Part shown: in pieces, positions 43,997 to 58,098 of the stretch
Position numbering within the stretch: position 1 is the first letter of the stretch
Layout: each line of letters opens with the position of its first letter
Origin: Adineta vaga
Lineage: Eukaryota; Animalia; Rotifera
DNA length: 64,000 nt
Reading direction: 5' to 3'
Assembly (NCBI GenBank): GCA_021613535.1
Contig: CP075497.1
Span: forward strand, 3,472,001-3,536,000
Notes under the pieces: generated by a model
Told to the model about the DNA's origin: nothing
What the model saw: only the letters and a program-made list of their open reading frames with translations
Database searches by the model: none
Translations under genes and position numbers: made by a program

Positions 43997-44797
43997 CGTT
44001 CAAATAGAAAATTTTCGATCTGAAATATGAAAAAAGAATAGAGGTATCTCTACAAAAATCAAGTCTGAAAAGATTATTTTCAGTTCCAATAAATTGCTCT
44101 TATAGAAAGATCAAGAGATGTCTTTTTTTTCTGAAAGAACATGCAACACTTAGACCGCATTCATCTTGAAGAGAAGACAACAAAATAGTTGTCTTCACAC
44201 TGTCTGTTTATTCGAATGTAACCTTCGAATTTATAGTAGAGACTGATTCCACTGCCTTGGAGGAACACTTCACGTATGGATTGAGCCAAAGAAATAGAAA
44301 CTCAATTATTCACTTTCTATTATCAAAAGGTAAAAACCGAACGTATGTACTTGATAAAAAGGAAAAATCACAGATGTATGACACGGATGGAAAGAACGAA
44401 AAGATCGATGCACTATACCAACAACAAGAGTGAATAAGACAGATAAATCACCATGTGTCATCGTAGCACAGCACTTATTATAACCAGATAGATTAAAGGT
44501 ACCAGTTCATTCTGGAAACGTCTTAATCATCGATTTAAAATTTCTATACAGTCATCATGCATCATAGGATTTTTCTTCCTGTGTTTACCAACTATTATTT
44601 GTAGGTATTCTCATCCATACCTGTTTCTCTTTCTCTCATGTTTGTTCGTTCTTTCATCTTTCCTTTGCTCTTTTCTTGAATCTCTCTTGTATTGGTAAAA
44701 CTTGAGGTTTGTATGCGCAGTACTGAGAGAAAAAACGGTTCAGCTGATGTAGAATACATGAGAAAATGGAACAATTTTGACAGTCGTTCTGTCTCTT

Positions 44798-44845
44798 GAG
44801 GGTGTGGGTGATCCTTCTTCACTCATACCCGCACCCACCCTCAAC
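44798..44845 (-). repeat. Short GC-rich repeat end, inverted partner of 41859-41900
   Basis: Reverse complement reads ttgagggtgggtgcgggtatgagtgaagaaggatcacccacaccctc. Confidence 0.45.
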
Positions 44846-45596
44846 TTTCATCACTGTTTTCTTCCAATAAAGTTGTTTTTTTTTCAGATTGCATTGTTAA
44901 GACAAGAAGCATGATTTACGATAAAATATTTCAATACGTTACAATTTACCAGAATACACTTGAGCAGACTATATGATTGAAATGAACACTGGAATACGAA
45001 TCTTTCTTAATATTATACCGATTTTTAATCGATTGCCTTATTTTTTCAGAGTGTAGAGACAGACATTTTTTCCATTTGGATGAGCTTCGACTTTCCATAA
45101 TTAATATAATTAACCAATAAATATCGATTGGTATACCCAACCCATATAATAATGTTGCTTTATTATGAATCTGTAAGAGAGACAGAGAATTTCACACGTG
45201 TGGTATCACCTATGCCCTCAAGATTGAGCTCCATATCAATTGGTGTAGGTTTCAACTCGACTCCATCATTTCCATACTCTTGCTTTTCAGATTTGAATCT
45301 ATAACATTTTTATGTCTTTTTTGCTTGAAAAAGAATTAAGTATTATTTTCAGAAAAAGATAACACAATTGTAAATGTTTGACTAATTATTGCCTTTATCG
45401 TTTAATTGGAAAACAGATATTTAAAAAAAAATGTTATATAACAATACACGTATATATTACAAAAACCGATCAAGTTTGTTCGACTGCGAAAAAATATTTA
45501 AGAGAAAATATGAGATAATATTGATCATTCAATAGTGAATACAAAGTAGTATCTGTTGTTGATGTTCTCTTCTACTTTGAATTATGTATGAATGTT

Positions 45597-46169
45597 TTAA
45601 ATTAAAGAAGCACCGTTTCCATCAGGAAAACTATTGAGTAAAATTCGAATCCAATCGACAAACCACCAAATAAACGAAATAAGTGTCAAAGTTATACTAA
45701 GACAACTAGCAGTTGTTGCTGCTGTTCTACTTTTACTGCTGGCCGCTAATGGATTCCAAATACAACAACCAACACATACAAGAAGTTTCAAGATTCCACA
45801 TAAGATATATAAACTATCTCGTCGAGATAAGAGAAACCAATCAATGCCCATACATCCCATCATGAATGATATAATAAATGTCAATATCTTCGAACTTTGT
45901 TTATATGAACATTGTCGGTGATCACGCCAAGTAATCCAACCTTTTTCACAAAGACAATCACCATCATCACAATAAGAATGTAGAAAACAATCTTTGTCTG
46001 TAAGACATCGAAATGACTGAGATTCTAAGATTAATTCATTTGTTCCAGTAAGATTTGATTCAATCGATGGAAAAGACTGCGAAAGAATAAAAGCTGATTG
46101 AACATATGTATTACTGAGAAATAATAATAATAATTGCACAGTAAGAAATTGAAGATTTTGTAATTGCAT
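45597..46169 (-). CDS. TM2-domain protein with N-terminal EGF/EB-like Cys module
   Basis: Signal peptide from MQLQNLQF (ATG 46169); CLTDKDC...CLCEKGW...CSYKQ; TM2 signature SFMMGCMGIDWFLL...GILKLL and WWFVDWIRIL...PDGNG. Confidence 0.85.
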   Translation of the reverse strand: MQLQNLQFLTVQLLLLFLSNTYVQSAFILSQSFPSIESNLTGTNELILESQSFRCLTDKDCFLHSYCDDGDCLCEKGWITWRDHRQCSYKQSSKILTFIISFMMGCMGIDWFLLSRRDSLYILCGILKLLVCVGCCIWNPLAASSKSRTAATTASCLSITLTLISFIWWFVDWIRILLNSFPDGNGASLI

Positions 46170-49100
46170 TCTAAATATCGATATCATCATTTATACATAC
46201 ATAAATACCCAAGAGATTAAAAACATTTCTATAGATAGTCTGGAGTATAGCTTATATAAGAGAGATCTCGATGTTTTCTACTCCCATGACTCTTCATGAT
46301 GCATTCTTGTGTAAAATGTCGCTATATAAATGTTAGTTGCTTTACTATCTTTCTTTGTTTCTTCACACAACAAGAGAAAAACAAATACATACATCAACTA
46401 TCTATCTGAAAATTAAGCAAGCGTCTTCTGCAATTACACTACCGCATAGCATCATTCTGAATAAGTCGACAAGAAAGCAAAAGAGAAGAGAAATATATCA
46501 AGACAGATCTTATCATGAAAAGAAGGGCAATTTATGACAATAAAAAAGAGAACAGAAGCGACGCGAAAGGATATTGTGACTATTAATGTGACTAGTTATT
46601 GTACTATTTCGTGAGTTATAAGAAGAAATGCTATTCAAATATTTGCAATGCATCTCTTCATGTTCCGTAGAGGAAGTGTCTTGTCAGTTTACGCAGTTAA
46701 TTTATATAGTTACAAAGTTTTCATGAATAGAATATTCTAACTGTAATCAAGTTAGATGAAAAACCCTAATGAATATGAAAAGTGTCTTCAGATAATTAAG
46801 TTTTGCTTCAGTAATAGGAGAGTAAGATAGAGAAATTTGATGACATGTAATTATTATAAATGGTAGCGCATTCTTCATCTTTGTTAACTTGGAAGAAAAT
46901 GCTTATGGTAACCGTTTTTGTTCTATGCTTTGTCATATTCCTATGATTTTCCTATTTTTTTCCAAACCGTTGATTATGTATTTCACCTCAACATATATAA
47001 ATAGATCAAACGATTAAATAGGATTTAATTCCGTCTTTTCGAAAGCAATTCTGACTTATATTCGTTAATGATACAATTCATAGGATAAAAATCTGATGTA
47101 TTTTTCTATTTTACTATATAAAAAATTTAGAGTATTCTCAATTCATATTCTTTCAATAACTTCACCCAACATTCTCATTCTAATGACATTTTGTACTTTA
47201 TCTATAAATAAATACAATGAATAAGCCGTATCTCTTTCATCTCATTGAATGAATAATATGGAATGAGTAAAAACAACTAATCAGAACTATATATAATTAA
47301 TCTATGACAAGGATAAAGAAACAAATGGAAAAGAACTAGTTGTTAGAAGAACAACAAAATAACATTCGGAGTGATGGAGGGTTTAAATGTCTGAATCCGT
47401 ATTATTTTGAAAGCTATATTTGACTATAAATGATTCTGATTCTTCATTTTTTTTATCTATTCTATTCCCATCTATAATATTATTTTTCGAAATGCACGTT
47501 CTCCTATTAAATAAATGCACATAATTTGACAGAAAAACGATGGTATTATACATTAATTAACGCGATAGTTCTAATATGTTAATAAAATTTCGATTATTAA
47601 ACTTCGACTTACATAGAATAGACTGATAATTTGATAAGATTGATGAATGATTACGACGTGTCTAATAAAAAAGAAAGAAAATGATCAAATGTCATGTCGT
47701 CTACGATAACATAGAAGCATATTTCATGATATTTCCAAGTTTTAACTTTGATCGAGAAATGCAAAAAAATACTCCTTATCAGATGTAAAAATATACATTC
47801 GACGAGCTATTTATGTAAGTAACAAGGAATGAAGATTATTCAATAGTTTCATTGTAAAGAAGACGAAATTAGCAAATAGAATCAAAAGAATTTGAAGACA
47901 TGTAAAATATGTTTTCCACATGACTATATTTCTTTTTGTCAAATAACTTTGTTTGTATTAAATAGAACTAAAGTGTAAAACAACCCTAACGCGACTTTAA
48001 ATATATACTATGTTTCACTATACACGAGTTTTTAGAAACTTTCCTCATGAGAAATATATGTGAATTTGGATGATTATAGAAAAACTCATTGATTGGAGAT
48101 ATATTGCGTGCAAGTTTCTTTAATTCTACACAAACAAATGATAGGTAATTGAAAATATATATTTTATTGAAATAAAATGGTCATTAGGCATATATACTCC
48201 AAAAACAGAAATCCCATGATCGTTCGATGCTCTAGATCTACTATGATTTCTGATGATTCTTAATACGGAATAATAAAGCGCTAACCTCGAGGTCACAATG
48301 TATGGCTTATGAAAGATATGAATGTGCTGGATGATGTGTCAATGCAATACACCAATATAGGCATATGTGCATGCATCTGAATATGTCAATAGGAATAGGA
48401 ATGATCAAGAGAAGAAGTGATGCGCTATATGAAGTAGTGTCAAAGAACCAAAACATAACAAGACTCCAGTCATGTGTATATAGTCAGAATAGAAGAAGCA
48501 AGAAAAGTGACACCGAGTGCTGCTACAAGAGGTCATAACGACCTATATTGAGAAATAATAAAAATATGCAGAGCATACGTACAATAAAAACAGACATTGG
48601 AAAAAATATTCTAAAAACTAATATTTAATATTCAGTAGAGATTCCAAATCTGACTCAAAGGAGCCTTTTTCATGGATTTAAGGGTTGCGAAGACTAGTAT
48701 GATATTTTCTTAGGGCGTATTAAAGATATCTGTCTAATCAAGGCATGTCTGTAACTTATTGAGAGATAAAAATAACTTTGACTTAAAACTTACATTCTTG
48801 AATGATTCTTTTGAAGAATAAATGAAAAATGATTGATTGTAATAAAACTATTTTGAACATTATTTTTCGTTTTTGTAGAAAGATTCGAAAAATATGTTGT
48901 TAAAATTATGATAATAGACTAAATGTAATGTCAACAAAAGATTATAAATGTGCAAACTTACTACTATTCGAATAGACTGTGAAGTATCACGATAAAATCA
49001 CGAAAGTATGGAAAGTAAAAAACACTGCAAGGTCTGTTTTATGTAAACATTTTCACGATGTTAGTTGTCGTTTTTTGCAAGATGCTTTGCTTTCTTTCAG

Positions 49101-49672
49101 TGATTTTTATGTAAACATCATTGAAATGTCTACAGCATGTTAGAAGAACAAACGATTGAATTAAGTAAAAATATATCAAGGCTGTCGACCATTCAATTTT
49201 ACAGTTTCGCCTTTTTAGGAAAAGAAGAACAATTTAATTAAGAAATTGAATATAAACACATACATGATATGCCATATCAGATACATACGAATTGTCGAGA
49301 AGAATTCTTCTCGTCGAATAGTTTTCGTTCTTGACTTATATCAATATAAAATATAAGAAAAGAATACATTCTATCATGTTATTAATGAATGTTTTATCAA
49401 CAAACTCTTTCCATACGAATGTAATATCATATGTATTAACTCATGTTTCATCTTCATCTGATTCAATCATTTATAAAAGAAGAAGAATTAGAATTTGATG
49501 CCAAATAACAATCATTTGTATTCAATATAACATGAAATTTTCTCATTTTACTCTTCCAATGGCATAATTCATATTTAAATAGTTTTGTCAGGAAGAACAA
49601 TTCTTACTTATCCTGTGAAGCAGTATATGAATGATAATTTTTATCTAATTCATATTCTTTCATTCTGCAAAA

Positions 49673-52381
49673 ATGTTATATGGTATTATTCTGGATAGTA
49701 CACGTGATGCTATTATGCTTTTATATGGATTAAATGTATGGAAACGTATTGCATATGAATTACAATTACCATTTGATATGTTTGATCTCTTTACACATTA
49801 TGCTGATCAGATTATGTTGAATATAAGCGAATGTAAAACGAAAATTAATATTATCTATATCTTAGTTGTTGTTTCGATCTATAGGTTTAGTTGATATTTT
49901 ACATGAAGGAACACGTGATAAATATTTGGAAATATTTGGTCAAAATTTCGTTCGTTATTTTGCTAATTTAGGTTATGATAAACTATTTCGAGTAGCTGGA
50001 CGAACATTACGCGAGTTTCTTTTTATTATTGATCAATTACATGATTCAAATCGATTTACTTTTCCGCAAATGCAATATCCATTATTTCACGTTACCGAAG
50101 AAGACGGTACTGGTATAACATTAGAATACAAGTAAATATTGTCAATATATGAATCACTAAAGAATGATTCGAATTTTGATTGAGAATTTCATTATATTTA
50201 GAAGTATACGACATGGTTTTATTCATTATGCTATTGGAAGTTTATTAGGTGTAACAAAGAGATTTTTTAGTGAAAATGATATACGATTATATATTCGTTG
50301 TGATTTGTCTACCAGAGAATGTAAGTGAATTGAAGATGATGAGCTTCAAAAGATGTTAAAGTTTTGTTTTGAATAGATACTCATGTTGTTCTATGGATTC
50401 AATTTGACAATAAAACATATCAACCACAGAATTTACTTCGTTCTAGTATTCTACCTAATTTGACTGGTCACACATTCTTCAAAGTAAGAAACATTGAATC
50501 TATTCAAATTGATGAGTGAATTAGGTTTTATTATACCACAATATTAACTTAAATTAAATTAAATTAAGGTATTTCCATTTTCAATTCTTATGGATTCATC
50601 CATGAGAATTTGTCGAATGGGCGAACATATTAAGAAAGTATTTCCAACAGCTACCGTTCTCATCGGAAGACCATTAGATCAAGTCTTTCGACTTATTCGA
50701 CCTGATATTCATGTCGAATGGGACAAAGTATATCAACATACTTCTTTCCTTAAACACTGTTTTCTCTTCACTTCTCTCAATCGTAGATACTTTCCTATGG
50801 TCGACATATTGTCTTTCTGATGGAAAATCGATTACAATTACGTGTTGGTCCAACCGGCAAAATTCAACTCAAAGGACAAATGAAATACATAGAAAACAAG
50901 AATATGCTATGGTTTTTATGCCATCCAGTGTGAGTTTGATGATATTTCGTGGATGAAGTACAATAAATGATGATTATAGTTTAGAAAGTGCTGATGATAT
51001 GATATCAGCTGGTTTACATTTGACAGATTTGAATCTGTTTGATGGTACCAGTGAGTTATTGATAACGAGCATGCATCAATCCAGAGAAATAGCAAATTTT
51101 ATCGAGAAAGTAAGTCGAGTAGTCATTATATTACACTCAAGACTTCATTCAATACATTTCATTTATAGCAACACTTATGTCTGATACAATTGGAACAAGT
51201 GAAGAAAGAATTATTACAATCTCGTAAACAAAATCAAAATATTTTATGTGCAATAATGCCAAAACATATTGTGCGAATGATTCAATCTGGTATTCCAACA
51301 TGTAGTCTTTATGAGGTACGTCTTCTTCAATAAGATTGTATCTCTGAAGAAACGTTTTTGTTTCATTTTTCGTGACATAGTCTTATCCTCTTGTAACAAT
51401 CATGTTTGCATCTATAATGGATTTCAAAATGTCTACTGCTTATCTTAAACCAACGGAAATTATCGAAGTACTCAATGAAACAATTAGTATATTTGATACT
51501 ATTACAGATGGATTCGATGTTTTAAAAGTAAAAACGACAGTGGATGCGAGTTGTATGTTTGTTGCTGGTTTACATGATCGATCAAATGGTATGACAGATC
51601 ATTCGGGAAAGTTAACGGTAGGAAATAGATTTGAAAGACTTTTTGGAAGTTAATTAAAATATTTCTATAGTCAATATTAATACCAACGGATGAGGAAGAG
51701 GAAAATGTACAATATTCGTTTGAATTCAATCCAACAGAAACTATTGCGTATCTTTCATTGGAATTATTAAAAGCGAGTAAACATCTTATTAATCCTATGA
51801 CACGTAAACCATTTGGTATGAAAGTTGGTAAGTATGAGAGATGAAATTACATGTTCTGTTTCAAAAGGTAATATGAGTACTATTCTTTTTTTCTTGAAGG
51901 TTTTCATGCTGGTCCAGCAGTTGGAGGTGTAATAGGTGATCAAAACCTACAATATTGTTTATTCGGTGATGCGGTTACTGTCGTATGTTTGCATTAAATT
52001 GTCAATTTGTTTTCATATTTATTTCAATTTATTTTAGGCAAGAGAAATCATGACTACGGGAGAAGTAAATTGAATAGTTTGATGACATTTTTTTATTTGA
52101 AAATAATTGGGAAATTTAGATCAATCGAATACATATGAGTTATACAGCGTATCAGCATTTAGTAACAAATCATCGGTTCAATATTGATTATCGAGGACCA
52201 ACAGACGTAAAAGTAAGTGCTCATATATATTCACATCTTCTTTCCGATATTTTCTTAAACATAGGGTAGTAATACATGTGGAACCTATTGGCTTACAAGT
52301 ATAAATAATCAATTTTCTACGACTGGCATCAATAAGACTACGAAATTATTAAAATGTCCATTCAGTGGTCAACTATCGTAG
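49673..52381 (+). CDS. Soluble guanylyl cyclase-like gene 1 (H-NOX-PAS-CC-degenerate cyclase)
   Basis: MLYGII..., GRTLREFLFIIDQLHDS (proximal His), YKSIRHGFIHY, PAS motifs FPFSILMD and LKGQMKY, cyclase VTIMFAS...YCLFGD...TYWL; ends KCPFSGQLS*. Confidence 0.92.
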
Positions 52382-53340
52382 TTTGTTTATTTTTGAAATT
52401 CTATATTATCAATAAATAAATTTAATATAAAACTCGATTTTCTTGAATGTAGTTCTAGCATAATGGAAGATACAATCTGAAACAGTTATCACGCAAGATG
52501 GAAATATCGAATCACTGTCATATTTCTTTTAACAAATAGATTTTAATCATACGAGATATTGCTGGAGGCACCAAGAATTAATTATACGCCTAAAATAGTT
52601 TATACACAAGACTACTCTGACAAGTTAGATGAGAGATGTTCGTTTTTGAAATTTTTTATCTTTCATACCTGTAACTATTTAATCATCCTTCTTTCCCTTC
52701 CGTAATACCTACTGGGAAACATTTTCTAGGGAAAATCTCTGAATGAATCTCATCTTCTGTTTGATAAGATAATACATTGAGAGAAATTGCTTCAGAATCC
52801 TCGTCAAAATGAAGTTTTGTCTCTTTCTAATACATGAATAAATTATTCATGAAGTACCATGCTCTTTTAGTACGTTTTTCTATCAGTTTTCACTGAGTCT
52901 GTAATTATATAAAAGACGTTAAAACAAAAAAAAACATTTTTCTTTGTCAACTAATATTGTGTATCAACATTCTTTGACGTCTTTCTTTACAGGTTCTTTC
53001 TGTAATCTATCTTATTTCATGATGAATGTAAAGCACCTAATTACATTTTTTTTCCTTTCTTCGAACTGTTCAAAAAATAAGAAATGGCAAGTGACTTTTT
53101 ATGTGTCTGACAGAAGATGAAATATTTACTTCTTTTTCTTTCTATTTCATGTCTGAAAATATTGCATGTTTAAAAAACGTTGGAGATACTTTATTGAACA
53201 TCTATAACACTTCTTTTGATAGGATTCCGATGAAAGAAAAAGATCCGTGAGACAATTTTTAAATCTAACCGAAGATTGTATGTCTTCACCGAACTTTTAA
53301 ATTATTTCTGTTTAGTTTATTCAAGTTTGATGAACAAAAA

Positions 53341-55337
53341 ATGTTTTACGGTATCATAATGGACACAGTTCGTGATGGTGTACTTCGTTCTTATGGACCC
53401 ATGATGTGGAAACGTATTGTTACAGAAGTAAATATTCCATCGGAAACGTTTGAACTTTATGCACGATATGATGATCATATACTTATAAATATTTGTGATT
53501 GTAAGTTATTGTTTATTTTATTTTAATCGAAAAAAGAAAACGTCTTTGTCAAGGTATGATTGAAATCTTAAATGATGGTACACGTGACACGTATTTAGAG
53601 TATTTTGGTGCAAATTTTATTCATTATTTTTATCGATATGGTTTTGATAAAATTCTTCGAGTAGCTGGTCGAACATTACGTGATTTTCTTTATACTATTG
53701 ATCAATTACATGATTCGAATCGATTTACTTTTCCACAAATGCAACATCCACTATTTCATGTGGCAGAAGAAAATGAAAATGGAGTTTTACTTGATTATAA
53801 GTAGAATATACATCATTTTTCAAAGATATTTTCATGAGAATATGCATATTTTTGTTTAGAAGTGTACGTTTTGGCCTTGCATATTTTGCAATTGGTGGTC
53901 TTAAGGCTGTCGCTTCATTATTATTTAATCTGAAAGATATTAATATCATTGTACAACATAATTTATCATCAGACAGATGTAAATATTATTATGTTTTGTA
54001 TTGAAAAGCAAGTTGTTGTTTTTCCTATGTACAGATTCGCACATAGTGTTTCGCATACCATTCGATAATTATAGGTATGAAGTAAAACGATTGTTTAATC
54101 TTCCGGACCTACCTGATTTGAATGGTACAACTTTCTTTCGAGTAATTTGAGCAAGATTTATCTTGTAAGTAATGACATATGTCTCCATTGAATTCTAGGT
54201 ATTTCCATTTTCAATTCTCATGGATTCATCCTTGAGAATTTGTCGAATGGGCGAACATATTCAGAAAGTATTTCCAACAGATACTGTTCTCATCGGAAGA
54301 CCATTAGATCAAGTCTTTCGACTTATTCGACCTGATATTCATGTCGAATGGGACAAAGTATATCAACATACTTCTTTCTGTAAACAATGTTTTCTCTTCA
54401 CTTCTCTCAATCGTAGGTACTTTCCTATGGTCGACATATTGTCTTTTTGATGGAAAATCGATTACAATTACGTGTTGGTCCAACAGGCAAAATTCAACTC
54501 AAAGGACAAATGAAATACATAGAAAACAAGAATATGCTTTGGTTTTTATGTCATCCAGTGTAAGTTTGATGATATTTCGTGGATGAAGTACAATAAATGA
54601 TGATTATAGTTTAGAAAGTGCTGATGATATGATATCGATTGGTTTACATTTGACAGATTTGAATCTTTTTGACAGTACAAGTGATCTTCTTATAACTGGC
54701 ATTCATCAAGAACGAGAAATAGAATCAGCGATATTCAAAGTTTAATTTATCTTTTCTATTATTCATTCTTGTGAAATAATTTGTTACTTTCAGCAACATT
54801 TATGGACAAAAAAACTGCCAGCTGTACGACGAAAATTAAATTTCTGTCATAAAAAGAATCAGGCATTACTCTATTCAACTATGCCAAAACATATTGCTCT
54901 CCTACTTCAATCTGGCATACATGCGAATAGTATCTGTGAAGTATATCGTATGAAATTACATTTCTTTGGTTAAATCCTATTTAAATTCCTAGTGTCAACC
55001 ACTTATAACTATTCTCTTCGTATATGTTTTGGATTTAAAATCAATAACTCATCACCTTCATGCTGCAGATGCAATTATATGCTTAAACAACGTTATTATT
55101 TTATTTGATACTATAGCTGATAAATATGATGTATTTAAAGTTGAGATTAAAGCAGATGCGAGTTATATGTTAGTCGCAGGTATACATGATCAATCACATA
55201 TGCTCGAAGGAAACAACAGAATTGAAATTGTAAGAATGATTTTAACAAAGTTTTCAGGAATATATTAAATGATTTTATAGTCATCAAGGAGATTATTAAA
55301 TATAAGGGTAGAAAATAATGATGAAGAAGACAATGGC

Positions 55338-55369
<32 letters not shown>

Positions 55370-56037
55370 AGAAGAGTGTAATAAAAACCCATCTGGGCTT
55401 AATGCAACCGAAATTATCGCTGCATTATCATTAGACTTTGCACACGCTAGTGAGCGTACTTACAATCCTATATCGAATAAACCATTTCATCTAAAATTTG
55501 GTGAGCAATATATATATATATATTTTGTTTTTTTCGAATCTATCTTTCCATATAGGTTTCCATTCAGGTACGGCAATCGGTGGTATTGTTGGTACTCGAA
55601 ACTATCAATATTGTCTATTTGGTGATACCGTTGGAACAGTAAGTCTATCTTGTATATTCACTCTGACATTCAATCAATAATCTTAGGCAAGTCAAATCAC
55701 TACTACTGGCGAGGTAATTATATTAGAAAAAATAGAACGAAATTAGATATGTGAAGATTTATAGATTGGACGAATACATTTGAGTCATACAGCATACAGT
55801 CATTTGATTGAGGGAAATCGTTTTACAGTGGAATATCGAGGTCAAGTGCATATTAAAGTACGTTGATAGATATTGTTTGGTTAATTTATTGTTTATTAAG
55901 TATTTTTTTAGGGAAGAGGTGCAACTGACACATATTGGTTAACAGGTTTAAATAAAAAAATATCGACAGCAATGGTCAATTCAAATCCAACAATATTGAA
56001 ATGTCCATTTACTAATCGAAATTTAACATTTAGATGA
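53341..56037 (+). CDS. Soluble guanylyl cyclase-like gene 2
   Basis: MFYGIIMD..., DQLHDS, YKSVRFGLAYF, PAS, cyclase ITILFVY...KVEIKADASY...YCLFGDTVGTASQ; ends KCPFTNRNLTFR*. Confidence 0.92.
55338..55376 (+). repeat. Coding (GAA)n microsatellite, poly-Glu (13 E here; 8 E at 60113-60136)
   Basis: Direct count of gaa/gag codons in the two copies. Confidence 0.9.
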
Positions 56038-58098
56038 ACGACATTTAATTAATAAAAAGTATATTTTCAGTATCAAAGCATCTATTTTCAAAATGCTAAA
56101 AGTCATGACTAGATTAGATACTATATATAGATAACGTGGAATACGCAGTAAAAAAGAAATCAAAATCATCCTATGCTTCATGAGTAATAAACAACTACTT
56201 TCTAACATATACTCATTTTCTAAACTCGAAACCAGATATTATTTCTACTATCCGTAGGATAATAATATCTAATAGTACACTTCTTCAAAATAATTTTCAA
56301 TGCGACACATGAAATTAAACATCCGAATGCATGTGACATGAACACTTTAGAGACGTATATGTTCCTAGAGATTATTTACGCATCGATTGAAATTTTAACT
56401 ATACTTCCGTTTTCCTTGTTAACTAATTATAGTATTTGTGTTTTTGATTTGCACTGTTCCATAATAACCATCCGTTTGAAGTTGATTAATTGCAAACTGA
56501 GACGTAAAGATAAATTAAATACTTCGGGGTATAATTAGAGAATGTCAAAAACATGTATTTATATGGAAAAAGAAAATATTTTATTTATATTAAAAATTCT
56601 GATCATGTTTATATAAGATAAAACTTTATCTACTGTTTTATTTCGATTATATTGAACGAATTCACATATTAATCCCGTAAGTAGATATGAATCACCTTTT
56701 TCTACTATTGTGAAGAGATTTATATAGATTTCATTTTCTTTATTCATACTCTACTTTTGCTCATTAACAAAATATTGAAAGATGAGTAATATCAACTAAC
56801 ATCATTCTGAAGCAAAAATTAAGTTACAAATGAAGAGAGATGAAATATCAATGCTTAATGTAAACGTATGAATGTATAAATCATTACCTGTTCCCGAACT
56901 CTGTTATTAGATAGTACAAATTTGATGAATGATAGAATATTGATTCATTTTTCTATTTCGTTCTTTTTAATCTCTTTTTCTGATATAAATATATATATAT
57001 ATAAATATTTATTAGAATTCTATCATTATACTTTTGATTCATATCTTTCTGATTGTATCGTATTCGTTTTGCTATAGTTTTAGACATTTGATGACATCAG
57101 AGTAGTTGAAGTTTGATACTTATGGAAGGTCGAGGATAATTATTTATCCTGTCGTTTGATTTAGTTAGTCTTATGTGCATTTGTTTTGATTAGATTAATA
57201 ATGGTGTTGACACTCATTCAAATGAATGAATTAGTTGAATTGAATTGGATCAAGCGCTGACATCCGTTTTTATCTAGTATGTTTTTATTCTTTCTCTTCA
57301 TCTTTCTACTAAAACTGATTGATTCATGACAGAAATGTCACTGTTACCTCAACAGTTGTGTAATTCAACTAATGTTCACTCATGAACCTGAACAAGAAAT
57401 TTGATAGCTTATAAACAGTAGTATTTCGAATATTTTACGTAATTCAACGAACTAAAATACTATTTTTATTCATAAAAATTCATCGGTAGCAATGACTATG
57501 AACTTTTGAACTGATAAAATACATTCATATTTTAATTCATGTCTCAAAACTATTCGTTTCCGTTTGTTCAATCTTTATCATAGTATAGGTAAATCATTGT
57601 GCATGAAAAATTCTATTTGACTATAAATATAAAAAGACATTTTTTCTTGAAAAGAAGTATGCTTAAAACCCGCATATCCTTTAACAATAGCCGTGTGAAA
57701 TAAACACGTCTAAACGATAATATTTTGCTTGTCATCACACATGAAAGATTTCTTTGTATCCATCTTGATAAATCTCCTTGCATTAACTGAAATCTTTTTC
57801 GGTACTTCTTTCTTCCACCAGAATAAGAACGATTCACTACACTTAATACATTAATGAAAGATTTAAATGAGATCTTGGCATGATAGGTAATACTGCAGTG
57901 GTGTTAATGAAAGATTATGTGATTTGTACATCGGATATCCGTATGTGAAAGAAACTTCTTAGTGCGCAAAAATAAAACTGTGCGTACATTAACACTTCTT
58001 TCTTTCTTTCCTTTCTTTTTTTCTTTCTTTTTTTGGAAAGTATAAAAGAGTTTGTTACTTCGCCATTGTATTCAATTTAGTAGGTAATCTTGTACAAA

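Noticed and set aside
48210-48590. GC-richer Cys/Met-containing reading (MCMHLNMSIGIG...) upstream of the sGC array
   Set aside because: Under 60 codons, interrupted upstream, no recognisable family.
56023-57837. ORFs repeated identically at 60781-62578
   Set aside because: Identity reflects the recent tandem duplication, not coding constraint; they are short, AT-rich and featureless.
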